NCBI GenBank assembly: GCA_018394295.1
Contig: CP074573.1
Coordinates: 1,587,156 to 1,619,155, forward strand
Direction of reading: 5' to 3'
DNA from: Mycoplasmatota bacterium
GTDB lineage: Bacteria; Bacillota_I; Bacilli_A; Haloplasmatales; Haloplasmataceae
Length of the DNA: 32,000 nucleotides
Shown: in pieces, positions 18,950-27,417 of the stretch
How positions within the stretch are numbered: the stretch's first letter is position 1
How the letters are laid out: each line of letters starts with the position of its first letter
Translations under genes and position numbers: made by a program
The notes under the pieces: generated by a model
Databases searched by the model: none
What the model saw: only the letters and a program-made list of their open reading frames with translations
Told to the model about the DNA's origin: nothing

Positions 18950-19987
18950 CTAATTTAGATATTCTCTAAAAAATCTTTTAATCAAATGTTTATTATTATG
19001 TTTCATCGCATTTAATACATCTGATTCTTTAGCTAACTTTTTGGTTATTACACGACTAAAAATTCTATAAAATAACTTTGTTAATGGATTTACTTTTGGT
19101 TTTGTCCATTCAAAATAACTATCAATATCATCTCTTTGAAAATGAAGAATATCATTAAGTACATCTGAATCTTTATAATATCCACAATGAAAATTTTGTT
19201 CAGCAAAAGAATATTTAGGAAAATGATCGATATTTATCCCTAATTCACCGAATACTCTTTTTAAGAAATTATAATATATAATTTGACATTTTTTACCTCC
19301 AGCAAAATTATATATATTTCCATTAAGTTCTTCTTCTTTTTCAATTGCTTTTACAACTCCGTATCCAACATCTCTAGTTGTCACAATTTCAATTCTCGTC
19401 CTTAAAGGCATATGAAAAAATATTGGGTCTATTTTTTTATTATCTTGTCCAGGACGTGGTCCCATAACACCTGATAATCTAAATATTGAATATCTTAGTC
19501 CAGATTCACTTACTATCTTTTCAGCTTTTATTTTTGTTTCAGCGTAGTAATCTCCAACACTAGGAATAAGGGGATCATTAATGTGAATATCTTCTCCTTC
19601 TAAACGATCACCATATACTGATACAGATGAAGAATATAAAAGAAATGCATTTGGAGAATATTCTTTAAGTGCTAATACCAAGTTTTTAGTCCCATTAACA
19701 TTAACTTCATAGGCAAGTTTTTGATTATAATCAGCAAGAGGTGGAATAACTGCTGCAAAATGAAGCACAAAATCAACCTCTTTTACAGCTTCAATTAATG
19801 TCTGTTTATCTCTTATATCACCATATATAATCTTAATATATTTTTTAAAGGGTTCTAATGTTTTTACTGATAGGTCAGTCTTTTTATCAAATATGATGGT
19901 TTCGTAAAGGTTTTTTCTCTCACATAATTCTCTTAATGCTTGGACTCCAATTGATCCAGTAGCGCCAGTTAGTAGTATTCTCTTCAA
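18950..19987 (-). CDS. NAD-dependent epimerase/dehydratase (extended SDR) family protein
   Basis: Rossmann motif LLTGATGSIG. Catalytic YxxxK (YAETK). TTG start preceded by ggaggtga. Confidence 0.8.
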   Translation of the reverse strand: MKRILLTGATGSIGVQALRELCERKNLYETIIFDKKTDLSVKTLEPFKKYIKIIYGDIRDKQTLIEAVKEVDFVLHFAAVIPPLADYNQKLAYEVNVNGTKNLVLALKEYSPNAFLLYSSSVSVYGDRLEGEDIHINDPLIPSVGDYYAETKIKAEKIVSESGLRYSIFRLSGVMGPRPGQDNKKIDPIFFHMPLRTRIEIVTTRDVGYGVVKAIEKEEELNGNIYNFAGGKKCQIIYYNFLKRVFGELGINIDHFPKYSFAEQNFHCGYYKDSDVLNDILHFQRDDIDSYFEWTKPKVNPLTKLFYRIFSRVITKKLAKESDVLNAMKHNNKHLIKRFFREYLN

Positions 19988-20260
19988 GAAATCACCTCCA
20001 AAATCATTTTTAATTACTAATCTTATATTTATTATATATAATTTTTGGATAAATATATATCGATATTTACGTTATGAAATAAACACTAGGTATATGTTTC
20101 ATAAAAATATAAAAAATCCACATAATTAATGAATAAACAGGATATTTCTAAATATTAAAAAATGAAATCATAAACCATTCAAATATAACATATTTATTTA
20201 CTTATAATAAGATAATTCATATGTTATAATTATTAATGTGATTATAGAAAAGGAGATTAA

Positions 20261-20761
20261 ATGATGGAAGCAAATGATTACCAAACCCTTTTTGATAAGG
20301 GTGAATACACTATTAAAAAATCTAGAACAATTTACAAATATAAACCTTATATTGACGATACAATATTCGAGTTTTCAGGAATCAACTATAAGAAATATTT
20401 AACCAATTATAACGAAATTGTTTTCATTTCAAATGAAAGAGATGAAAATCAATATTATACAATTCTTAGAATTGGCGAAGAAATCATCACCAATACTGAT
20501 AATACTAACAGTATTTCATATAAAAATAATGCACGCTATTCATATGAGTACATGAATAAAAATAAGAATTATATAGCGACATATTTAAAAGTTATAGCAT
20601 GGGGATATTTAGCGTTATCAATTTTTGCTGGGTTAATACTAACTGTTCTATTATCATCACCCTTAGCTATAATTGCGGTATTTTTATCTAGTTTAATTTT
20701 CCATGCTTTCTTTTTAGGATTAGCTGAGATTATAATACTTCTTGATAAGAAAAATAAATAA
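20261..20761 (+). CDS. Hypothetical protein with a soluble N-terminal domain and two C-terminal TM helices (166 aa)
   Basis: RBS aaaggaga. The C-terminus YLKVIAWGYLALSIFAGLILTVLLSSPLAIIAVFLSSLIFHAFFLGLAEIIILL is hydrophobic. No motif recognised. Confidence 0.6.
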   Translation: MMEANDYQTLFDKGEYTIKKSRTIYKYKPYIDDTIFEFSGINYKKYLTNYNEIVFISNERDENQYYTILRIGEEIITNTDNTNSISYKNNARYSYEYMNKNKNYIATYLKVIAWGYLALSIFAGLILTVLLSSPLAIIAVFLSSLIFHAFFLGLAEIIILLDKKNK

Positions 20762-20793
20762 TTTTATAAGTACTTAATCTACTATATAAAAAA

Positions 20794-20828
20794 CTATGGT
20801 AATCGTTTTTTGATTATCATAGTTTTTT
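20794..20828 (+). terminator. Rho-independent terminator
   Basis: Stem ctatggtaatc (20794-20804) pairs with gattatcatag (20812-20822), then T6. Confidence 0.7.
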
Positions 20829-20958
20829 GATTTATTATTGTTAGCGTATCAAGGATTCATCGACTTCTTTTTTCATAAAAACATCATACCTAACTATTGA
20901 TTATTATTAAATAATGTTATAATAATTAAAAAAGCTGTTATTAAGGAGGGAAGATAGG

Positions 20959-21303
20959 ATGAGTGCAAATATTAAATCAAATTCGTTTTATATCACTTTA
21001 TTCATTACGATTATTGTCTTCTTCTTAAAACAGATTTTTAGTTTATGTAAAATTGAATTTTATTTTATTAGTTATACACCTGTTACTGGCATTGTTGGAC
21101 TAATTTTAATATCTCTTCTTATTCCCTTTATATTAACTATATTTTATTTTCTACCTTCATTATGTATTATTAAGATTACTTCAACAGTTCATCTTTCTGT
21201 TCTGTATGTACCTTTTAATAACTCAGTACCTACTGATTTTATTAAAAAAGTTATTTATAAAAAAAATAATACCTACCGATTACTTAAGGTGTTTCGCTGT
21301 TGA
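20959..21303 (+). CDS. Hypothetical three-TM membrane protein (114 aa)
   Basis: RBS aaggaggga. An extended -10 (tgttataat) lies upstream at about 20922-20930. No motif recognised. Confidence 0.55.
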   Translation: MSANIKSNSFYITLFITIIVFFLKQIFSLCKIEFYFISYTPVTGIVGLILISLLIPFILTIFYFLPSLCIIKITSTVHLSVLYVPFNNSVPTDFIKKVIYKKNNTYRLLKVFRC

Positions 21304-21338
21304 TTCATAGTAAATTTTTATCAAAAATTTACTATGAA
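21304..21338. repeat. Perfect 16-bp inverted repeat with a 3-nt spacer between two cistrons
   Basis: ttcatagtaaattttt (21304-21319), atc, then aaaaatttactatgaa (21323-21338). It starts one nt after the TGA stop of the upstream ORF and covers the first in-frame ATG (21334) of the downstream ORF. Confidence 0.9.
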
Positions 21339-21348
21339 AGGAAAGAGA

Positions 21349-22782
21349 ATGAATAAACCAAAAAAATTTATTTTAATTATACTATTTATCACAATCATAC
21401 TATTCATAACATCTATTGTAATGATGAATTTACCAAGATTCAATAAAACTAATATGGTAATAAAACATGCTACTATTTATTTATTTTTATCTTTTGTTAC
21501 ACTATTAAGTATCATGTGTCTATTTTATATTTTAAAAAATAAATTTCATATAACAAACAAAGGACTTATTCTATTAAAGGGATTCACACTCCTAACTTTT
21601 ATTATGTTATTATTTATAATTGGTGAGGCTCAAATAAAATTTATTGACAAGCATGAAACACCACCTGTAATTGCATGTTCATTTTATGATGAATATGATA
21701 ACCTAATTTACACTTCTCAATATGTAAATAGTTGTCCTAAGCTAGAAAATATTGAAAAATCAAAGAATAGTCTTCAATTTAATGTTTATGAAGAACTCCA
21801 TAATTTCACAAACGAACAATGGTCCAATGGTATATTTCAAGAAAGTAAAGAGTTTAGTGCTTATTTAAAAACAGAAATTGAAATCAACTATAATTCCATT
21901 GGTCAGATTTTACACGTATTAATATTAAGTAGTAGTAATATTGAATATAAAGGTAGTGTAGGTTTGGAATATGAGTACTTTAGTATTAAAAAAGAAATCA
22001 ATAATACTTATGAAGAAAACTCCTTCACAAGTGTACAAGATAATTATATTATAGATATAGATTTAGATATGATTGAGGATGTTTCAAATATAAATCATTA
22101 TAATTTCACTAACAACTCTTTATCTAGGGTTACATTAACATCTAAAATTACCGGGTCAGATGGTGAGAAAACTCTATTTGAAGTGATAAGAACTAAAGAG
22201 AACAATGGAAAATCTACAACTGAACCTATTGTTAAAGGTTATTTTCTAAATAGTAACGATAATATAGAATTTGAGTATTCTGAAGTTTCAACTTTAACCT
22301 ATAACAGCCCTTATGATAGAATTAATCTAAAACTCAATACTTCAAAGAAAAGTGTCATTAACTATTCAGGTGATAATTTAAATCAGTACTATAAAATGGA
22401 ATATAAAAATGTTAATAAATTTCATAATATCGTGTTTAATGAAGAACGAATCGGTTATCCTGCTATCGATGAAAAAATGGGCTTTGAACTTTACAAAAAT
22501 GATAATAACACTTTAACTATTGAAGGAAAGTTCCCATTATTTTTTATTCAAAAAACAAATTATGGTTCTAAATTAATAGTAACTGCGACGAAACTTGATG
22601 GATACGCTGGTGAAGAATACAAAGAAATCGTTCAAGGATTTACAAGGTATAGGTACTTTACACCTTTTGGTCCTAAAATAGAATATATGTTTGATTATGG
22701 ATTTAATCTAGCACTTCGCAAAGGATCCACAGATGAGATTATTTTTCAGGATAATCCGCTAATTTCTATTTATTATGATTAA
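21349..22782 (+). CDS. Hypothetical membrane-anchored protein with a large extracytoplasmic domain (about 477 aa)
   Basis: I prefer the ATG at 21349, preceded by aggaaagag. The ATG at 21334 lies inside the palindrome. Three N-terminal TM helices are followed by an Asn/Tyr/Glu-rich beta-type region of about 370 aa. No motif recognised. Confidence 0.65.
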   Translation: MNKPKKFILIILFITIILFITSIVMMNLPRFNKTNMVIKHATIYLFLSFVTLLSIMCLFYILKNKFHITNKGLILLKGFTLLTFIMLLFIIGEAQIKFIDKHETPPVIACSFYDEYDNLIYTSQYVNSCPKLENIEKSKNSLQFNVYEELHNFTNEQWSNGIFQESKEFSAYLKTEIEINYNSIGQILHVLILSSSNIEYKGSVGLEYEYFSIKKEINNTYEENSFTSVQDNYIIDIDLDMIEDVSNINHYNFTNNSLSRVTLTSKITGSDGEKTLFEVIRTKENNGKSTTEPIVKGYFLNSNDNIEFEYSEVSTLTYNSPYDRINLKLNTSKKSVINYSGDNLNQYYKMEYKNVNKFHNIVFNEERIGYPAIDEKMGFELYKNDNNTLTIEGKFPLFFIQKTNYGSKLIVTATKLDGYAGEEYKEIVQGFTRYRYFTPFGPKIEYMFDYGFNLALRKGSTDEIIFQDNPLISIYYD

Positions 22783-22790
22783 AAAAAATA

Positions 22791-22823
22791 AATGCAGCTT
22801 TTTCTAAAAAAAGCTGCATTTTT
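22791..22823. terminator. Bidirectional terminator
   Basis: Stem aatgcagcttttt (22791-22803) pairs with aaaaagctgcatt (22808-22820). A-run upstream and T-run downstream. Confidence 0.75.
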
Positions 22824-22880
22824 AATTATTTAGATATATTATAAATGTTATTTTATTTAAATAAAAAACAAGGATCAATT

Positions 22881-23674
22881 TTAAACTATATATACTAATA
22901 TTAATATTACAACATAAACACTTATCGAAAGCATAATTAATTTATTGAAAACCTTTTTCTCTTTATTAGTATTCCTAGTAGGATATTCCCAAGTATTTGA
23001 ATCCATTTCCTTTTTAATTCTTTTTCCATATACTAGTAGTTCAAGAATCAAATAACCTATTAAAAAAATAAAAATAGGTAATATAAATGGAATAATAAAT
23101 AATGATTCATGATACACAATTGATAATGTAATTGCAGTACAAATGAACCTATGATATAAATCAAACCGATAGGCCATAAATATAACAACCTTCTGAAGCT
23201 ATCATCAGCATATACTGATAATTGATAGAACTTAAATAATTTAGGATCATTAGCAATATCATTTTTATTATTTTCAAGCAGTTTTTCACGTAATATCTTT
23301 ACGAACTCTCCAATGTTTTTTAACGGAATTGTTACTGTCACTTTTTCATTATAAGTTGAAAGAATTGAAAAAAAATCACCTAATTTAGATACACTAGTTG
23401 TATTTATATACTTGATGTCTTCGAATTGAATAAATATATCTTTTTTATAATTACAAAATTCTATACCTTTACCATTTATTGAAAGCTTCGTTGTAGTAAA
23501 TTTTTTATAAAATTATGTCATAACAATAGAATAAACAAATATGAATCCCATAAAAATTGACAGTATCCAAGCTTCATTGATTAAAGATAAAATAAATATA
23601 ATAGCACTTACTCCAGCATAATAAGGTAATAGTTTCGCTATAAAAAATATGTGTTTTCTGTAAGTATATTCCAT
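22881..23674 (-). pseudogene. Apparently disrupted membrane protein gene (two TMs, a bacterial-PH-like soluble segment, then C-terminal TMs), or alternatively three small ORFs
   Basis: ATG at 23674 lies 14 nt after the SPFH stop. An in-frame TAA sits at 23513-23515, after 53 codons. The same frame continues with coding-like sequence and no start codon (FYKKFTTTKLSINGKGIEF...) to 23060. A third piece, 22881-23177, is in another frame. The 794-nt span is not a multiple of three. Confidence 0.45.
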
Positions 23675-23688
23675 AGCCTACCTGTTTC

Positions 23689-24429
23689 CTACTTATTTAA
23701 ACTTTTTACGACAGAATTTACAATATCACTTATTTTATCATTATTTTTGGATTCAAATGATTTTAGTATTTCTAAAGGAACTGCAAAAATCATAGTGTTT
23801 GATTTATCTGATGACAAATCACTTAAGGTTGACAATGTTCTTAAATGCATTGCACCTGGTTGTTTTGATATTATTTGTGCTGCCATCGCTAATTTTTCTG
23901 CTGCTTCTACTTCTCCTTGAGATTTAACGATAATTGCATTTTTCTCACGTTCAGCTTCAGCAACACGCGCAATTACTCGTTCCATATCTTCTGGAATTTT
24001 AATATCTTTAATCTCTATTTTTTCAACTTTAATTCCCCATGGATCGGTTTCTTTATCAACAATATCTTTAATTTCTTTTGAAATAACTTTTAAGTTTGAT
24101 AATAAATCATCTAACTTAACGCCACCTATAGAGTTTCTTAAAGTTGTTTGAGCAAGTTGTGCAACAGCAAAGTAACAATCTTTAACTTCAAGTACTGCCT
24201 TTTTTGCATCAAAAACACGGTAATACACAACTGCATTAATCGTAATGGTTACATTATCTTTTGTTATACACTTTTGCTGTGGTACATCCTGAGTAATCGT
24301 TCTTAAATCAATTTTTTTGTACTCATGGATAATAGGGATCACTAACCGAATACCCGGTTCTAGTTGTTTTACAAACTTCCCAAATCTAAACTTAACACCA
24401 CTTTCATATTCCTTAACAATTATAAACAT
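23689..24429 (-). CDS. SPFH/band-7 (stomatin/slipin-like) domain protein without an N-terminal TM segment
   Basis: IVKEYESGVKFRFGKFVKQLEPGIRLVIPII...TKDNVTITINAVVYYRV is followed by an Ala/Glu-rich coiled-coil (RVAEAEREKNAIIVKSQGEVEAAEKLAMAAQ). RBS aaaggaggga. Confidence 0.85.
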   Translation of the reverse strand: MFIIVKEYESGVKFRFGKFVKQLEPGIRLVIPIIHEYKKIDLRTITQDVPQQKCITKDNVTITINAVVYYRVFDAKKAVLEVKDCYFAVAQLAQTTLRNSIGGVKLDDLLSNLKVISKEIKDIVDKETDPWGIKVEKIEIKDIKIPEDMERVIARVAEAEREKNAIIVKSQGEVEAAEKLAMAAQIISKQPGAMHLRTLSTLSDLSSDKSNTMIFAVPLEILKSFESKNNDKISDIVNSVVKSLNK

Positions 24430-24600
24430 AATTTTCCCTCCTTTTATTAAATTATATCATAACTATCTAAATTATTCATCTTTAAATCAAGATAGAATTT
24501 ACTTATAAGAGTAACTATTATAATTTAATTTTTTACTATATTAAATCTTATGATATATCTATTAAATTTATTAATCAAAAAAATTAGTTAATTTTTTTTG

Positions 24601-24629
24601 TTGATTAATAAATAACTTACTGTTATAAT
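24601..24629 (+). promoter_or_regulatory. Sigma-A promoter with an extended -10, driving the L-box transcript
   Basis: TTGATT (24601-24606), 17-nt spacer, TGtTATAAT (24621-24629). Confidence 0.65.
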
Positions 24630-24645
24630 GTGTGTATCATAAAAA

Positions 24646-24877
24646 TTGATAGAGGTTGCGATGCAAATTAGTAAAATGTGGAGCAGGCATGCTTTGAAGC
24701 ATTTGAAAGGTATACATCGCCGAACATTATGTATAGGCATATATATAATGTGGGAATACAAGGAATACTTGTATTACTCTCTACGTTAAGTATTGGCGCT
24801 ATCAATTGCATCTTTTTTCTTTTTATATTTGTTATAAATAGATGCAATTTAGCAGGTGCTATATTGCATCTTTTTTT
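24646..24877 (+). promoter_or_regulatory. Lysine riboswitch (L-box) with a terminator/antiterminator expression platform
   Basis: P1 ttgatag (24646-24652) pairs with ctatcaa (24799-24805). Conserved L-box blocks are AGAGGtTGCGA, AGTA, GGAG, GAAAGG and TCGCCGAA. Terminator agatgcaat (24840-24848) pairs with attgcatct (24863-24871), then T7. An alternative pairing uses aattgcatct (24804-24813). Confidence 0.8.
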
Positions 24878-24904
24878 ATGTAAAAAAATACTAGGAGGAA
24901 GAAA

Positions 24905-25717
24905 ATGCGTAAATTATTATTAACACTATTTTTAGGAATTTTTACTTTTACATTAGCAGCATGTTCAAAAAAAGAATATACGAAAACATTCACAGTAGGT
25001 ATGGAATGTGCTTACGCTCCCTATAATTGGACATCCCCTACCAAAACTGATACTGCAGTTATTATTGATGGAACAAAGGCATATTGTGATGGTTATGATG
25101 TAAAAGTATCTCAAAAAATTGCTGATGACTTAAACAAAGAATTGGTTATAAAAGCGATTAAATGGGATGGTTTAATTCCTGCTTTATCCACAAATCAAAT
25201 TGATGCAATCATTGCAGGTATGAGTCCAACTGAAAAAAGAAAACAAACGATTGCATTCTCTGATATATATTTTCGACCTGAAGAAGTTGTGGTAATAAAA
25301 AATAATAGTAAATATGTAAATGCTACATCAATTTTAGATTTCTCCGGTGCTAAAATAACATCACAACTTGGTACTCTACACGAAAATTTAATTTCACAAA
25401 TGACCGGTGCGATTAAACAAACATCATTACCAGATTATTCAACATTAGTTACAGCAGTGAAAAATGGAGCTGCTGATGGTTTTATTTGTGAATTACCAGT
25501 AGCCACACAAATGGCAAATAATAATTCAGATTTAAAAATTATTAGATTCGATAAGAATAATGGATTTGTCGTTGATGATTCTGAAGTTTCTACAGCTATT
25601 GGATTAAGAAAATCTGATACAGATTTATTAAAGAGAATAAATGAGTCATTAGCTAAAATATCTAATGAAGATAGAAATACATGGATGAATGAATTTATTA
25701 ATAAATCAAGTTCATAA
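24905..25717 (+). CDS. Amino-acid ABC transporter substrate-binding lipoprotein (family 3 SBP), probably for lysine or a basic amino acid
   Basis: Lipobox TLAAC. Type-II periplasmic-binding-protein pattern (KWDGLIPALSTNQIDAIIAGMSPTEKR). Located behind an L-box. Confidence 0.8.
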   Translation: MRKLLLTLFLGIFTFTLAACSKKEYTKTFTVGMECAYAPYNWTSPTKTDTAVIIDGTKAYCDGYDVKVSQKIADDLNKELVIKAIKWDGLIPALSTNQIDAIIAGMSPTEKRKQTIAFSDIYFRPEEVVVIKNNSKYVNATSILDFSGAKITSQLGTLHENLISQMTGAIKQTSLPDYSTLVTAVKNGAADGFICELPVATQMANNNSDLKIIRFDKNNGFVVDDSEVSTAIGLRKSDTDLLKRINESLAKISNEDRNTWMNEFINKSSS

Positions 25718-25739
25718 TATTACATATTAGGAGGACATT

Positions 25740-26507
25740 ATGTTTTTTCTTACATCAACAGAAATTATTCCTGATAGTTTTATTGGTGGGTTACTATATA
25801 TATTACGAAATTACTTTCCAATGTATCTAGATGGAATGAAATATACATTGTTAATTGCACTAACAAGTACGATTTTAGGTTTAATAATAGCTGTATTTAT
25901 TGTACCTATTAAAATACAACAAATTACAGGTCGTGATACGTTAATCCAGAAAATACTTAAAAAAACTGGTGTAATATTAGCCACAATTTATGTTGAAGTA
26001 TTACGGGGAACGCCAATGATTGTACAATCTGTCATCATATTTTATGGATTAGCAGGACTTGGATATAATCTAAATATAATTATTTGTGGAATCTTAATTG
26101 TCTCAATCAATACTTCAGCATATATTATTGAAGTATTACGAGGTAGTATTAGCTCTATTGATAAAGGACAACTTGAAGCAGCTAGAAGTTTAGGGATGAC
26201 TAGAAGCAAGGCTATGATTCATATAATCATTCCTCAAGCAATAAAGAACAGCATTCCTGCTATTGGTAATGAATTTGTCGTTAATATAAAGGATACTGCG
26301 GTTTTAATGGTAATCTCTGTGACTGAACTATACTTTATTACAACGAAAGTGAATTCAATTTACTATCGACAGTTAGAAGGTTTTGTAATATCAGCAGGTT
26401 TGTATTTATTAATGACATTTACAACAACAAGAATTCTTTATTTAGTAAGTGGTTACATAAGTGGTTCAAAAACAAAATTATCATACCCTACGAGTCAGAC
26501 ATTATAA
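25740..26507 (+). CDS. Amino-acid ABC transporter permease (His/Glu/Gln/Arg/opine family)
   Basis: EAA-loop motif [23 protein letters not shown]. About five TM helices. Confidence 0.85.
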   Translation: MFFLTSTEIIPDSFIGGLLYILRNYFPMYLDGMKYTLLIALTSTILGLIIAVFIVPIKIQQITGRDTLIQKILKKTGVILATIYVEVLRGTPMIVQSVIIFYGLAGLGYNLNIIICGILIVSINTSAYIIEVLRGSISSIDKGQLEAARSLGMTRSKAMIHIIIPQAIKNSIPAIGNEFVVNIKDTAVLMVISVTELYFITTKVNSIYYRQLEGFVISAGLYLLMTFTTTRILYLVSGYISGSKTKLSYPTSQTL

Positions 26508-26520
26508 GAAGGTGATTTAC

Positions 26521-27261
26521 ATGGATAAAATCATTGAAATTAAAAATTTGAAAAAAAGTTTTGGAAAAAAAGAAATACTAAAAGGTATCAATTTAGATAT
26601 TTATAAAGGACAAGTTGTTTGTATAATCGGACCTTCTGGAAGTGGAAAATCTACTCTTCTAAGATGTATTAATTTATTAGAAGAACCTGATAATGGTAAT
26701 ATCATCTTTGAAGGTAGTGATTTAACATCTTTGAATATAGATTTAAATAAAATAAGAACTAAAATAGGGATGGTATTTCAAAACTTTAACTTGTTTAATA
26801 ATAAGAATGTCTTAGATAATTGTACAATAGGACAAGTAGAAGTTCTAAAAAGAAATAAAAATGAAGCAGAGCAAATAGCTCTTCAATTATTAAAGAAAGT
26901 AGGTATGAAAGATTTTACCGATAGTAATATAAGTGGTTTATCTGGTGGACAAAAGCAACGTGTTGCGATATCAAGAGCACTTGCTATGACACCAGACATA
27001 ATGTTATTTGATGAACCAACCAGTGCTTTAGATCCTGAAATGGTTGGTGACGTTTTAAATGTTATGCGAGATTTAGCAAATAGTGGTATGACTATGGTTG
27101 TTGTAACACATGAAATGGGATTTGCTAGAGAAGTTAGTGATGCTGTTGTCTTTATGGATGAAGGACATATTATAGAATCTAATCGTCCTGAAGTAATATT
27201 TTCAAATCCATCAAATGAAAGAACTAAGGAATTTCTAAAAAGAGTTATTGAAAAAAGATAA
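26521..27261 (+). CDS. Amino-acid ABC transporter ATP-binding protein (GlnQ-like)
   Basis: ATG at 26521 preceded by aagaaggtga. Walker [10 protein letters not shown], signature [15 protein letters not shown], Walker [13 protein letters not shown]. The track's start at 26461 overlaps the permease gene and is unlikely. Confidence 0.9.
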   Translation: MDKIIEIKNLKKSFGKKEILKGINLDIYKGQVVCIIGPSGSGKSTLLRCINLLEEPDNGNIIFEGSDLTSLNIDLNKIRTKIGMVFQNFNLFNNKNVLDNCTIGQVEVLKRNKNEAEQIALQLLKKVGMKDFTDSNISGLSGGQKQRVAISRALAMTPDIMLFDEPTSALDPEMVGDVLNVMRDLANSGMTMVVVTHEMGFAREVSDAVVFMDEGHIIESNRPEVIFSNPSNERTKEFLKRVIEKR

Positions 27262-27333
27262 ACTTATGTTTAACTTTTTACAGTAGTTATTAAACACTTG
27301 ATAATAACACATAATTAATGATAAAAATATATA

Positions 27334-27372
27334 AAGCTATCTGCTGTTCAATAACTACAGATAGCTTTTTTT
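27334..27372 (+). terminator. Rho-independent terminator of the ABC operon
   Basis: Stem aaagctatctg (27334-27344) pairs with cagatagcttt (27358-27368), then a T-run to 27372. Confidence 0.7.
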
Positions 27373-27417
27373 CATTCGTTCAATGTCTAGAACCTTTTTC
27401 TTATTTTCTCTATTTTA

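Noticed and set aside
24678-24923. 81-aa ORF upstream of the ABC operon
   Set aside because: It lies entirely within the lysine riboswitch aptamer and terminator region. It has no RBS. The RNA structure explains the sequence better.
26461-26520. Upstream extension of the ABC ATPase ORF
   Set aside because: It overlaps the end of the permease gene. ATG 26521 with an upstream SD begins the conserved [16 protein letters not shown]-terminus.
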